Below are positions 10,200-18,111 of a DNA stretch of 64,000 nt, piece after piece. Source of the stretch: a plasmid; the sequence record NZ_CP109675.1; one strand, 5' to 3'. The translations under genes and the position numbers were made by a program. How positions within the stretch are numbered: the stretch's first letter is position 1; the number at the start of each line of letters is the position of its first letter. The notes under the pieces are model-generated. The model ran no database searches, was not told the DNA's origin, and saw only the letters and a list, made by a program, of their open reading frames with translations.

Positions 10200-10590
10200 T
10201 TAAATGTAAGTAATGACTGAAGTTTAAAAGATAGGAGATCAGAAGTTTAAAAGGATCATCGCGGTTTGTAGAAATTCCTTATTGTGGTTTAAAAAGCATC
10301 CATCCAGTAGCTTATCACTTTAGCCTCTTGTGGTTTATGTGGATAACTGGATGAAAACCTAAAAGCGGTGAAATATTGGGCGTTCGGTCACAGAAATATG
10401 CGGGCAACAAAAGAAGAATTTTGGTTAAGTTTAGAAAACCCGGCATCAGCAGGACATGTTTGTCATTCAGGTCCCCGACGGGGGCCTGAAACAGGGGCTG
10501 AAGAAGGTTAACACGGCAATAAAAGCCGAAAAGTGGGCAGGCGTAAACCGATGCCAGGGCACCAGATTCAAAAAGGCAGCGTATTAGCTG
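10200..10590. promoter_or_regulatory. replication origin region of the IncFII/RepZ-type replicon (DnaA box + AT-rich stretch)
   Basis: Lies immediately downstream of repA, where oriR sits in R100/R1-type replicons. Perfect DnaA box tgtggataa (reverse complement TTATCCACA) at 10338-10346. 70-bp AT-rich tract at 10190-10260. Confidence 0.5.
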
Positions 10591-10593
10591 GCG

Positions 10594-11463
10594 TTAGGTT
10601 GTGACCAGCAATGCATCACCAAGTCGTGCGTAATGGCCACGCGAAAGCTTCATTCGCTCCGAGACACGGCGTTCTATCTCTGCCCGAACCGCATCAAGAT
10701 TACCGAAGAAGCGGCCTTTCCTGATTTCTTTTTGGATTTGCTGGCGAACCAGCAGCTCGATCTCTTTGCGCGTTCGCGGAGCGTCCTTACGCGCCCTGTG
10801 ACGTTTCATGCCGTGTTCATAGCGTGACTTGTGGTACTGACGGAAGCGTTCACGAACGAATGACCAGGCCGCACTGATAAGTTCATCAGCACCGGCGCGA
10901 GGAAGCCCTTTCTTCTCACGCTGCTTATTTTCCCACTCAATACGGCTGCGGCGCGCAGCAGCAACGGCTTCTTCAGACACCCCAAGCACCTGCCACATCA
11001 ACGGTGTGAAAGTGATGTCTGTGGGGATATTACAGCCAATTTCTTTATCGTATTCGGTGTTATAGGTAATGAGGTTCAGCTGAGCGAGAAACTTCAGGGC
11101 ACCCGTCAGACGGGTGATCGACAGACGTTTTTTTTCTGTGGCCAGTCCGCAGCGAATGCTCATGGTAGTGAGCGATGAACCAACGCGATTAGCAAGGGGA
11201 TTAAAATAGTGACACATTGCCTGTACGGATGCTTCCAGTGCCCGTATGCGTAACACTGGCGGGCGCTTTTTGCGCTCACCACGGGCGATCAGCATAGCAA
11301 CCAGTGCCTGGAACTCTGCACGCTCAGTGAAGCCAACAGCTTTCTCGCGAATTTTTTCACAGAACGGAAGGGTTTTCTTTCCCTTTTCAGGAATGAAAAC
11401 TGGATTCGGATTTTTTACCTGACGGTAAAGTGTAGTGGTTTCGGAATTCTGCTTACTCACCAC
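10594..11463 (-). CDS. repA: replication initiator RepA (IncFII RepA1 / IncI RepZ family)
   Basis: Strong similarity to R100/R1 RepA1 by recall: YRQVKNPNPVF ... FCEK ... EKAVGFT ... ITYNTEYD ... GCNIPTDITFT ... AVAAARRSRIEWENKQR ... SRYEHGMKRHRARKDA. GTG start overlaps the leader-peptide stop. Confidence 0.9.
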   Translation of the reverse strand: MVSKQNSETTTLYRQVKNPNPVFIPEKGKKTLPFCEKIREKAVGFTERAEFQALVAMLIARGERKKRPPVLRIRALEASVQAMCHYFNPLANRVGSSLTTMSIRCGLATEKKRLSITRLTGALKFLAQLNLITYNTEYDKEIGCNIPTDITFTPLMWQVLGVSEEAVAAARRSRIEWENKQREKKGLPRAGADELISAAWSFVRERFRQYHKSRYEHGMKRHRARKDAPRTRKEIELLVRQQIQKEIRKGRFFGNLDAVRAEIERRVSERMKLSRGHYARLGDALLVTT

Positions 11464-11561
11464 TTCCTGCGCTTATGTTGCACAGAAGGAGTAAGTACGG
11501 AATCTCTTGTCTTTTTTCGCGCACGGGTTATACTCCCATACAGAAGCAACAACTTCTGCAT
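11457..11561 (-). CDS. RepA leader peptide (tap/repY-like), translationally coupled to repA
   Basis: 34-codon ORF (MQKLLLLYGSITRARKKTRDSVLTPSVQHKRRKW*). Its TGA stop overlaps the repA GTG GTG start (aaGTGGTGAgt). Same arrangement as tap-repA1 and repY-repZ. Confidence 0.45.
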   Translation of the reverse strand: MQKLLLLYGSITRARKKTRDSVLTPSVQHKRRKW

Positions 11562-11630
11562 GATTTGTTAAGGACCCCGTTAATCTCGCGATGCCGCCAA
11601 GTATCTAAGATTATCGGGGTTTTTGCTTTT
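11541..11630 (+). ncRNA. CopA/Inc-like antisense RNA (countertranscript to the repA leader)
   Basis: Sigma70 promoter TTGTCT(11507-11512)-16 bp-TATACT(11529-11534) points opposite to repA. The transcript folds into a stem-loop (cagaag-caacaa-cttctg) and a long stem ccccgttaatct/agattatcgggg with a 20-nt loop containing GCCGCC, followed by tttttgctttt. Confidence 0.55.
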
Positions 11631-11772
11631 CTGGGCTTTGCTAACTAACCACCCAGAACCTGCCACCTTCTTCGGCGTGACAACCTAATAAATTCATTTA
11701 GAACAATAAGTTCTCCGACTTTATCACCACAACAATGCAGGATCAATTTTTAGGATCTATCCGGCAGCAGGA

Positions 11773-11973
11773 TCAAACATCACCTCTGGAGCGATGCGCT
11801 TCTGCGTCTCGTTTTAAGCTTTCGAACAGCTCAAGTGGTACAAGATAAAATGCCGGCGCGCTACGGTTCAGAATAGCAATAGCATCACCCTCTGCTGACT
11901 CGACAGTCCCTAACGGATCCCTTTTGAACTCCGTGATACCAGCGACTTTCGTGCAATGTATCGGATGTGCCAT
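11773..11973 (-). CDS. Phd/YefM-fold small protein at the copB (repA2) position, with no toxin partner
   Basis: 66 aa. GITEFKRDPLGTVESAEGDAIAILNRSAPAFYLVPLELFESL matches the Phd/YefM antitoxin N-domain pattern. No toxin ORF in the 300 bp downstream. Sits upstream of the antisense-RNA locus, where CopB is in IncFII replicons. Confidence 0.5.
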   Translation of the reverse strand: MAHPIHCTKVAGITEFKRDPLGTVESAEGDAIAILNRSAPAFYLVPLELFESLKRDAEAHRSRGDV

Positions 11974-12243
11974 AACTCCTCCTGATTTACAGATAGCACC
12001 TACGAATTATTGTATCGTAGCATACAATCAGACACTTAAAAGCATCATTAACTAATATTATGATCGCAGATCAAATCCAGTTAAGTGTCGCCTTACATGA
12101 TATAGTACATCAACACACAGAATATATCTCTAAATTTCAAATACATACGGCTCTTAGTGGATGATGTCTAAACTCGTTTCTTCAAAAAAAAATTCCAACT
12201 CGCTCCCCAGGTTTTAAACCTGATATCCAACAGCAGAGAACCG

Positions 12244-12906
12244 ATGACAATCAAGAACGGCAATCTGCAGTATGTAGCGGTAAACCAAGCTTTTCTTCGA
12301 TTATTAAAACTCCCCAACGATTATCCGATTGTAGGAAAAACGTTGGACCAGCTCCCTACCTCCTTAGCTTACCTCTCACAACGAATACATAAGCAGGAGG
12401 AACTCGTTATGGAACATGAAGATAAGTTTTCTTCAATCGTTACGCATCCAATAGGTGAGAGCAACTCCATACATGCCCTATGCTTCGAATCTAGACCCTA
12501 TTACGACGATGACGGGATCTGCTCAGGAACGATGCTTCAAGTTAGGCCTGTTGATATTTTTGGGCCAGACAGCTTGCTATCGGGAGACGTTCCCAAATCG
12601 TTGGTATACAGGGTACCGTCTGAGATATTCACAAATGCTGAATGGGAGGCCATCTTCTTAATCTCTCTAAAATACAGCAGGAAAATGATGTCTCGAATAT
12701 TAGGAACCTCTCTTAAAGCGGTAGAACACAGAATCAGCCGATGCCTGCAGAAAACCGGGACCTCGTCTGGAGCCGAACTATTAGACTTTTGCAAAAAGAA
12801 TAACTGGGATGCATATGTTCCCCCTCGTTTTTTAAAGCCTCGGTTTCGACTATTCAGAGCTGCTCCTGATGCGTATCTAGTTGACTCATCACTAAGCAGA
12901 CAGTAG
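12244..12906 (+). CDS. LuxR/GerE-type HTH domain protein with a unique ~125-aa N-domain
   Basis: C-terminal segment EWEAIFLISLKYSRKMMSRILGTSLKAVEHRISRCLQKTG fits the LuxR_C_like HTH. The N-domain is unrecognised. Low-GC DNA. Confidence 0.55.
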   Translation: MTIKNGNLQYVAVNQAFLRLLKLPNDYPIVGKTLDQLPTSLAYLSQRIHKQEELVMEHEDKFSSIVTHPIGESNSIHALCFESRPYYDDDGICSGTMLQVRPVDIFGPDSLLSGDVPKSLVYRVPSEIFTNAEWEAIFLISLKYSRKMMSRILGTSLKAVEHRISRCLQKTGTSSGAELLDFCKKNNWDAYVPPRFLKPRFRLFRAAPDAYLVDSSLSRQ

Positions 12907-13358
12907 TCTTCAAAGGTCACAGTAAATCCTGTGATCGGGCGTGAGAACCCGTATCTACACGTGCACATAGACACGCACAAGCGTGTTTTTTTGTGTACTG
13001 AACCAGCACATCTTCGTAATGGCGGTTCAGGTAGGGCAACCGTAAGGTTGGCCGGTACCGTGTAGGCCGGTTTCTCACCCCTGCCTGGGCTGCCACCAGA
13101 GCGTGAGAACTCCTTGGTAGCCGACATAGTATCTACACGGGAGCTTCATCTATGATGTGCAAGAACCTATCAAAAATTTCTATATCCCCCTTAGCAAATG
13201 AACATGCCTTTATAGGCCTAGCTGCTAAAGCTCACCCTCATCAGAAATCCTTCGCCCATACCACATGTCGCGACAAGGTCCATGGGGTTTCTCCCCATTA
13301 AAGGGGATGCATATTGCGCGTAAATTTACTACGTATAGATTTGCTAGGGGACTTAACG

Positions 13359-13619
13359 ATGATTAATGAAAACACTATTAACGCCCTGCATAGCGTATTT
13401 CCTGAGCTTTCCAGAAAACAGTTAGAAATCGTTACTCTGTATGCTCACGGTAATGCATATGAGACAATCGCTGACATTTGCAATATTTCTGTTGAGACAG
13501 TCCGCTCGCATCTGAAGCGAAGTACTAAAGCTCTGAACTTAAAAAGTAACGATGCAATGCGTGCAGTTATATTGTCACGCTCATACTTTTTCATGATTTC
13601 ATTGATGATCACAAATTAA
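13359..13619 (+). CDS. small LuxR/GerE-family transcriptional regulator
   Basis: ATG at 13359 follows the RBS aggggacttaacgATG. LSRKQLEIVTLYAHGNAYETIADICNISVETVRSHLKRSTKAL is a canonical GerE HTH. Confidence 0.7.
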   Translation: MINENTINALHSVFPELSRKQLEIVTLYAHGNAYETIADICNISVETVRSHLKRSTKALNLKSNDAMRAVILSRSYFFMISLMITN

Positions 13620-13625
13620 TCAAAA

Positions 13626-13652
13626 AATGCACCCTTGAGGGTGCATTTTTAG
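13626..13652 (+). terminator. rho-independent terminator
   Basis: tgcaccct-tga-gggtgca stem followed by ttttt, immediately after the LuxR gene stop. Confidence 0.6.
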
Positions 13653-13904
13653 GATTCAGCCTATTTACACTTTACTTCATTATACAGAGAAACAAAAATA
13701 CGCACAGTTCCTTAAGTATTGCCGCCAATTTTACTTAAGGGACTAACCTACAAGAGCATCCTGAGCCATGAAGGCGCTCGAACTACAGCATGCAAACTTA
13801 AGTGTTTGTTAGTAAGACTGTTTCGCCTTCATGGTTGAGTATGTTCGACCCCATTGAACTTGAATTATCCTTTCATGGATCAATTCTGCGCGAAGCGTTC
13901 AAAA

Positions 13905-14414
13905 ATGAATATTGAGACTGTATGTAACCAACAATGGTATCTTGCTCTCTATATTACCGGGGGCAAAAACCGCGAGAACTTATTCGACTGGCTACACGAC
14001 AGGAGAATAACTCCATGGACACCTTTATCCTTAACGCAAATACGGCGTGCGGATGCCCCGCATGTTTTCAGAAAAAGGATCTCGGCCGTTTTCCCAGGAT
14101 ATTTCTTCCTTAAGGCAGATTTCGAATCACAGAAAATAGATATGATTCGGGCGCACTCTGCATTCTGCGACTTTGTGAAATTCGGCAGTAAAATTGCCCC
14201 TGTGAATACAAGGGTAGTCGAAGCATTAATGAAGAAATACCCCGACCCGACTCATCACCCTGCTGCAAGAGCTGAACTCGAAGCGGCATCAGATATCTGG
14301 CTGACAAAAAGCCAATACAAACGCCTTACGCAGTTAGATAAAACGGATCATCCCATATCCCGGACTGCAATGCTGTTCGATATGATCACCCATGCTGATG
14401 CGTGGGGATTTTAA
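13905..14414 (+). CDS. NusG/RfaH-paralog transcription antitermination factor (plasmid-encoded; IncI traB-position regulator)
   Basis: The NGN domain starts WYLALYITGGKNRENLFDWL, with the FPGYFF motif of NusG/RfaH (compare RfaH FPNYLF). Start assigned to ATG 13905; ATG 13875 and TTG 13854 are alternatives. Confidence 0.75.
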   Translation: MNIETVCNQQWYLALYITGGKNRENLFDWLHDRRITPWTPLSLTQIRRADAPHVFRKRISAVFPGYFFLKADFESQKIDMIRAHSAFCDFVKFGSKIAPVNTRVVEALMKKYPDPTHHPAARAELEAASDIWLTKSQYKRLTQLDKTDHPISRTAMLFDMITHADAWGF

Positions 14415-14475
14415 AATGTACTTAACCGAGCCTCTTAAGCTGGTTCAAACCAGTTTTACACCATCCCTTTAGTTT

Positions 14476-14500
14476 CCCCCGTTCACGGGGGCTTTTTTTC
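14476..14500 (+). terminator. rho-independent terminator
   Basis: cccccgttcacggggg hairpin followed by a 7-T tract, after the NusG-paralog gene. Confidence 0.7.
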
Positions 14501-14648
14501 ACCGTTTTCCGGCAATGACGTCTGGGCTGGCCCTGCCCAATGAACACCCTCTGTTCCTGTAGCCAGCCTGCTTTCAGGCTTCTTTCATTCTGGCGGAATG
14601 AAGGTACAGACGTCATTGCCAGAAACCGGAACCAGAGAGAGACAAACC

Positions 14649-15320
14649 ATGCAATCCACCCAGGAACAGGTCAGCCATCTCTTGTGGTGCATTCTCGTAG
14701 CCTTACGTACGGCAGTCGAAAACCATCACATAACCTCAGAGCGTGGCAAACGTAGATTCATCACAGAATGGCTAAGCGGAGCACGAAGAATACCAACATT
14801 CAAAGGGATGAGTAGCGAGTTTATGACTATCCGGCAGTTGCTCGAAAACGAACGAAATCGTCCCATTGATGACGTCCTGACTGCGCTCTGGACCAACGCT
14901 GTTTCAACCGGGAACTGTGATCTGTTTCGTTTTCGGGCAGTTCTTAATTCACTTCTCGGCCTTGGCTGGAAGCACTGCCTTTGCCCCTGGCCTGAGCAGG
15001 TTGTAACTGAAATCATGGAACGCCAGCGAAATCGTAAGAACCACATCCTACAGTTCACCCGTATGGAAGAAGCATTTACCGCGACAGGCTCAATGGCTTC
15101 CCCCGTCACGCTTCAACTCCTCCTGAAAAAAAATGAAGATGATGAGGTAGAAAAGTCTTTCTATCTCGATCGTTTCTCTGTTGTCCGTGGCCGCGATATC
15201 TCACTACCCAAAGCCACTCTTCGCACACTCTATATCGGACATCACACACTGCCGGAGTCAGCATGGGGTGCCCGTGAAGGCGTCCGCTACGGAGATGTAT
15301 GGCGCCCTGACCTTCATTAA
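14649..15320 (+). CDS. hypothetical protein, first gene of the pil operon (PilI/J/K position)
   Basis: ATG at 14649 with RBS gagagagacaaaccATG. 224 aa. No recognisable family. Called by position only. Confidence 0.5.
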   Translation: MQSTQEQVSHLLWCILVALRTAVENHHITSERGKRRFITEWLSGARRIPTFKGMSSEFMTIRQLLENERNRPIDDVLTALWTNAVSTGNCDLFRFRAVLNSLLGLGWKHCLCPWPEQVVTEIMERQRNRKNHILQFTRMEEAFTATGSMASPVTLQLLLKKNEDDEVEKSFYLDRFSVVRGRDISLPKATLRTLYIGHHTLPESAWGAREGVRYGDVWRPDLH

Positions 15321-15341
15321 TCTTTTTGCCGAGGCTTAATC

Positions 15342-15968
15342 ATGAAAACGCATACATTGGGCGTGCTATGTTCCCTGCTGGCGTTATATGGCTGCAACGG
15401 AGCTACTACTTCAAACCAGGCTCATCACCGTAATGAAATCGGGCAGTATCAGAAAAACGAAACTGCATACATTCCTGTCAGAGCCAGTATTTACGAGCTT
15501 TCCACTCCCGTAACGCCTGAACTAAAGGAATTGCTTGAACAGCCAGGTGCAAAAATATCTTTAAGACCGGTCAGCGCTTCACTGGGAGACGAACTCACGG
15601 AACTGGTCGCTAAAGGGGACGTCAGACTGCTCTACGATATGTCAGGAGTCACAACCAACAACAAGGCATTACTTTTCTCTGTTTCAAATTACTCCGCTCA
15701 ACAACACGCAACGACAGGGGAGAAGAAGAAAGAAAATGTCGTGGATGATCTCTCATTAGTGATAACGCCGGCTCTTTCCGCAGACTCTGCATTAATGCAG
15801 ATGACCGTAGAGCTTTCCCGGACCACTGGCAGCTCAAAAAATGAATATTCCCGTTACGCTATCAACTTCCGACAACTTCTCAGATTAAAAGGTGGACAGA
15901 AGCTCAGTGTTGCTCTTCCCCTCAATGACGAAACGAACCGCCTCATTATCATCTCTCAAAAAACATAA
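15342..15968 (+). CDS. pil-associated lipoprotein
   Basis: Lipobox LLALYGC at the N-terminus. RBS gagg 8 nt upstream. 208 aa. Confidence 0.6.
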   Translation: MKTHTLGVLCSLLALYGCNGATTSNQAHHRNEIGQYQKNETAYIPVRASIYELSTPVTPELKELLEQPGAKISLRPVSASLGDELTELVAKGDVRLLYDMSGVTTNNKALLFSVSNYSAQQHATTGEKKKENVVDDLSLVITPALSADSALMQMTVELSRTTGSSKNEYSRYAINFRQLLRLKGGQKLSVALPLNDETNRLIIISQKT

Positions 15969-16041
15969 CCGTCCCGACTCGTCACTTCCTGCTCCCTTTC
16001 ATACCTGTATTTCACTAACAACTAACTCCGGAGTAAAAAAC

Positions 16042-16548
16042 ATGAAACATATTACCCTTGCCGTATTGCCGCTTATCCTGAGCGCCTGCTCATCCTCACA
16101 GCCCGATCAGCGTATTGACATTACTCACGGCAAACCAGCCTCTGTCCAAAAAGTGGTTTCTCTCAGGATGGATGCGCCGCTCAGCCAACCTGTTACTTTC
16201 GACAACTCAGACAGCGTACGCTATGTAAATTCGGTCACTACGGAAGATGGGAAAATCGTCAGTAAGGAATACCGCACTCTCTCTTATGGAACCACGGTCA
16301 GGGCTGTCGTCAGCGATGCAGGGGATGACAAACAACTCGTTTCACTGGCGGTACGACACGCCTGCCATCCCGAATTATCAAAACTCTCAGCTGGCTCAGC
16401 CGAGGAAGGGATAGACCTGCCCTCGCAAAATTACATAACTCAACAGCAAAAAATTCTGATAGCGCGCGGAGACGATGTTCTGATCAGCGGTATCGGTTTT
16501 GACGCGAACTGTGCTTTTCCACGTATTACCGTTCACCCCACCGAATAA
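16042..16548 (+). CDS. pil-associated lipoprotein
   Basis: ATG at 16042 with RBS ggag. MKHITLAVLPLILSACSS lipobox. Overlaps the 3' end of the previous gene, which is out of frame. Confidence 0.6.
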   Translation: MKHITLAVLPLILSACSSSQPDQRIDITHGKPASVQKVVSLRMDAPLSQPVTFDNSDSVRYVNSVTTEDGKIVSKEYRTLSYGTTVRAVVSDAGDDKQLVSLAVRHACHPELSKLSAGSAEEGIDLPSQNYITQQQKILIARGDDVLISGIGFDANCAFPRITVHPTE

Positions 16549-16562
16549 CCCCGGGGATCATC

Positions 16563-17660
16563 ATGAAAAAACTTGCCCTGCCCCTGTTAATACCGTCGCT
16601 GTTAAGCAGTTGCGCGGGATTTAATAACCGTAACATTGCTCCTGACACACCTGCGCTCGTGTTTGTCGACGGCCAGATCAGCGATAGTGCCGATATCATT
16701 ACACAGACACAGCGGCGAATTGCGCCTCCGGCGGCCACTCCCGTTCCCGTACGCCAGCCGACATCTGTAGCGGTAACATCGCAGACCTCCCCGCTGCCGC
16801 AACCAACAATGATGGCCTCCTCCGCAAAACAAGTCAGCTCAGTGAGCCCCATCATGAATCCAGCGCTGCCGGCACTCACATTTACCGGCACACCAGGTCC
16901 CGTTGCCGTTCTGTCATTATCACAGGTGCGTAACCTCACTTTCGAACAGTGGGTCAGGCGCATCATTCCGACTGGCTGGACGCTGAACTATGAGAATGCC
17001 CTGCGACCTGTACTGAATACCCGTATCGTCTCGGTCGACACCAATGACCAGTGGACCAGGGTGCTCAACCGTCTGCTGACAGAGCAATCCATCCAGGGTC
17101 AGCTGGACTGGGATCGTCATGCCGTCACATTGCAGCGAAAGGGGCAAACCGCTCAGATGACCGTCCCTGCACTGTCCACTGGAAACCTCCCTGCGCCGCC
17201 ACAGGCGTCTGGCGCGCCGAGAAATCCGTTCAGCGGACCGGAGGTGACCCAACCCATACCGACGGCAGCGGTTAAAACCAGCACATCCTCTGTAACAACA
17301 AAACCGATGAAGGCACCAACAGCGGTAGTTAAAGCACAACCAGCCACCGGGGAACCAGTCGCACCTGTGGTTCAGGGTAAAACCTGGCTGGCGCCATCGG
17401 GAACGACTCTTCGGGAAATGTTGATGAAATGGGCGCAGGATACCCGCTGTGAATCAGGCGCATCATCGCACTGGACGGTTATCTGGCCAGTATCCGTGAC
17501 GGATTATCGGCTTGACGCACCACTGACCTTCCGCGGCTCATTTGAAACCATGCTCGGTCAGATGTTCGACCTTTACCGTTCAGCACAGAAACCGCTTTAT
17601 GCTGAAGCTTCCCGCATGCAGTGCGTGGTATCTGTCACAGACACTCCGGCAGGTCGGTGA
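16563..17660 (+). CDS. pilL: type IV pilus lipoprotein PilL
   Basis: 365 aa (R64 PilL is 356 aa). Lipobox LLSSCAG. Pro/Thr-rich linker. C-terminal domain of the PilL/TcpQ type. Synteny with the R64 pil cluster. Confidence 0.75.
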   Translation: MKKLALPLLIPSLLSSCAGFNNRNIAPDTPALVFVDGQISDSADIITQTQRRIAPPAATPVPVRQPTSVAVTSQTSPLPQPTMMASSAKQVSSVSPIMNPALPALTFTGTPGPVAVLSLSQVRNLTFEQWVRRIIPTGWTLNYENALRPVLNTRIVSVDTNDQWTRVLNRLLTEQSIQGQLDWDRHAVTLQRKGQTAQMTVPALSTGNLPAPPQASGAPRNPFSGPEVTQPIPTAAVKTSTSSVTTKPMKAPTAVVKAQPATGEPVAPVVQGKTWLAPSGTTLREMLMKWAQDTRCESGASSHWTVIWPVSVTDYRLDAPLTFRGSFETMLGQMFDLYRSAQKPLYAEASRMQCVVSVTDTPAGR

Positions 17661-18097
17661 TGGGCTGGGTCATACTGGCAATCAGCATGATATTTTTCCT
17701 GATTGTCGGTGATATAGATTCGCAACAAAATCAGACCAGCCGGACTGCAATACAGACGCAGAGCGGCCAGCTTTATGCCTCCCAGATCCTGACTATCGCC
17801 AACCGCGTTAACGACTGGCGTTACAAAACTGGCCAAACGAATGGCACAGTTCCAGTTGACCAGCTGGGTCTTCCCTTTACTCCCGACGCCCGGATCCAGT
17901 ACCGGTTACTTCAGAGTAGATTGTGGGTCTGGATGCCGGAACAAGCTGGACTCGTTGATGCCTTACGGGCACAGAGTCGCGGTTCGGCACTCATCGGCAC
18001 CATGAGAAGCGGCCAGTTAATCTGGCTTTCCGGTCTGGCCACCGGGCTCACGGCTCCACAGGGCGTTCCTGAAGGCGCTGTGGTTTACCTCAACTAA
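17660..18097 (+). CDS. pilM: PilM, small membrane protein
   Basis: ATG at 17660 overlaps the pilL stop (gTGATGg). One TM helix (WVILAISMIFFLIV). 145 aa, the same size as R64 PilM. Confidence 0.6.
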   Translation: MGWVILAISMIFFLIVGDIDSQQNQTSRTAIQTQSGQLYASQILTIANRVNDWRYKTGQTNGTVPVDQLGLPFTPDARIQYRLLQSRLWVWMPEQAGLVDALRAQSRGSALIGTMRSGQLIWLSGLATGLTAPQGVPEGAVVYLN

Positions 18098-18111
18098 TCC
18101 GGATTTCCCCC

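Noticed and set aside
12537-13127. 196-aa minus-strand ORF overlapping the 220-aa LuxR-type gene
   Set aside because: It is antisense to a better-supported gene, has no RBS, and has odd composition. Likely spurious.
14415-14650. Search for a canonical RfaH ops element (GGCGGTAGNNTG) in the pil operon leader
   Set aside because: Not found by eye in this leader. The closest string is ctggcggaatgaag, which does not match.
16526-17339. Antisense ORFs (146, 139, 76 and 64 aa) inside pilL
   Set aside because: GC-rich antisense frames of a gene with clear lipoprotein features. Arg/Cys-rich, no RBS.
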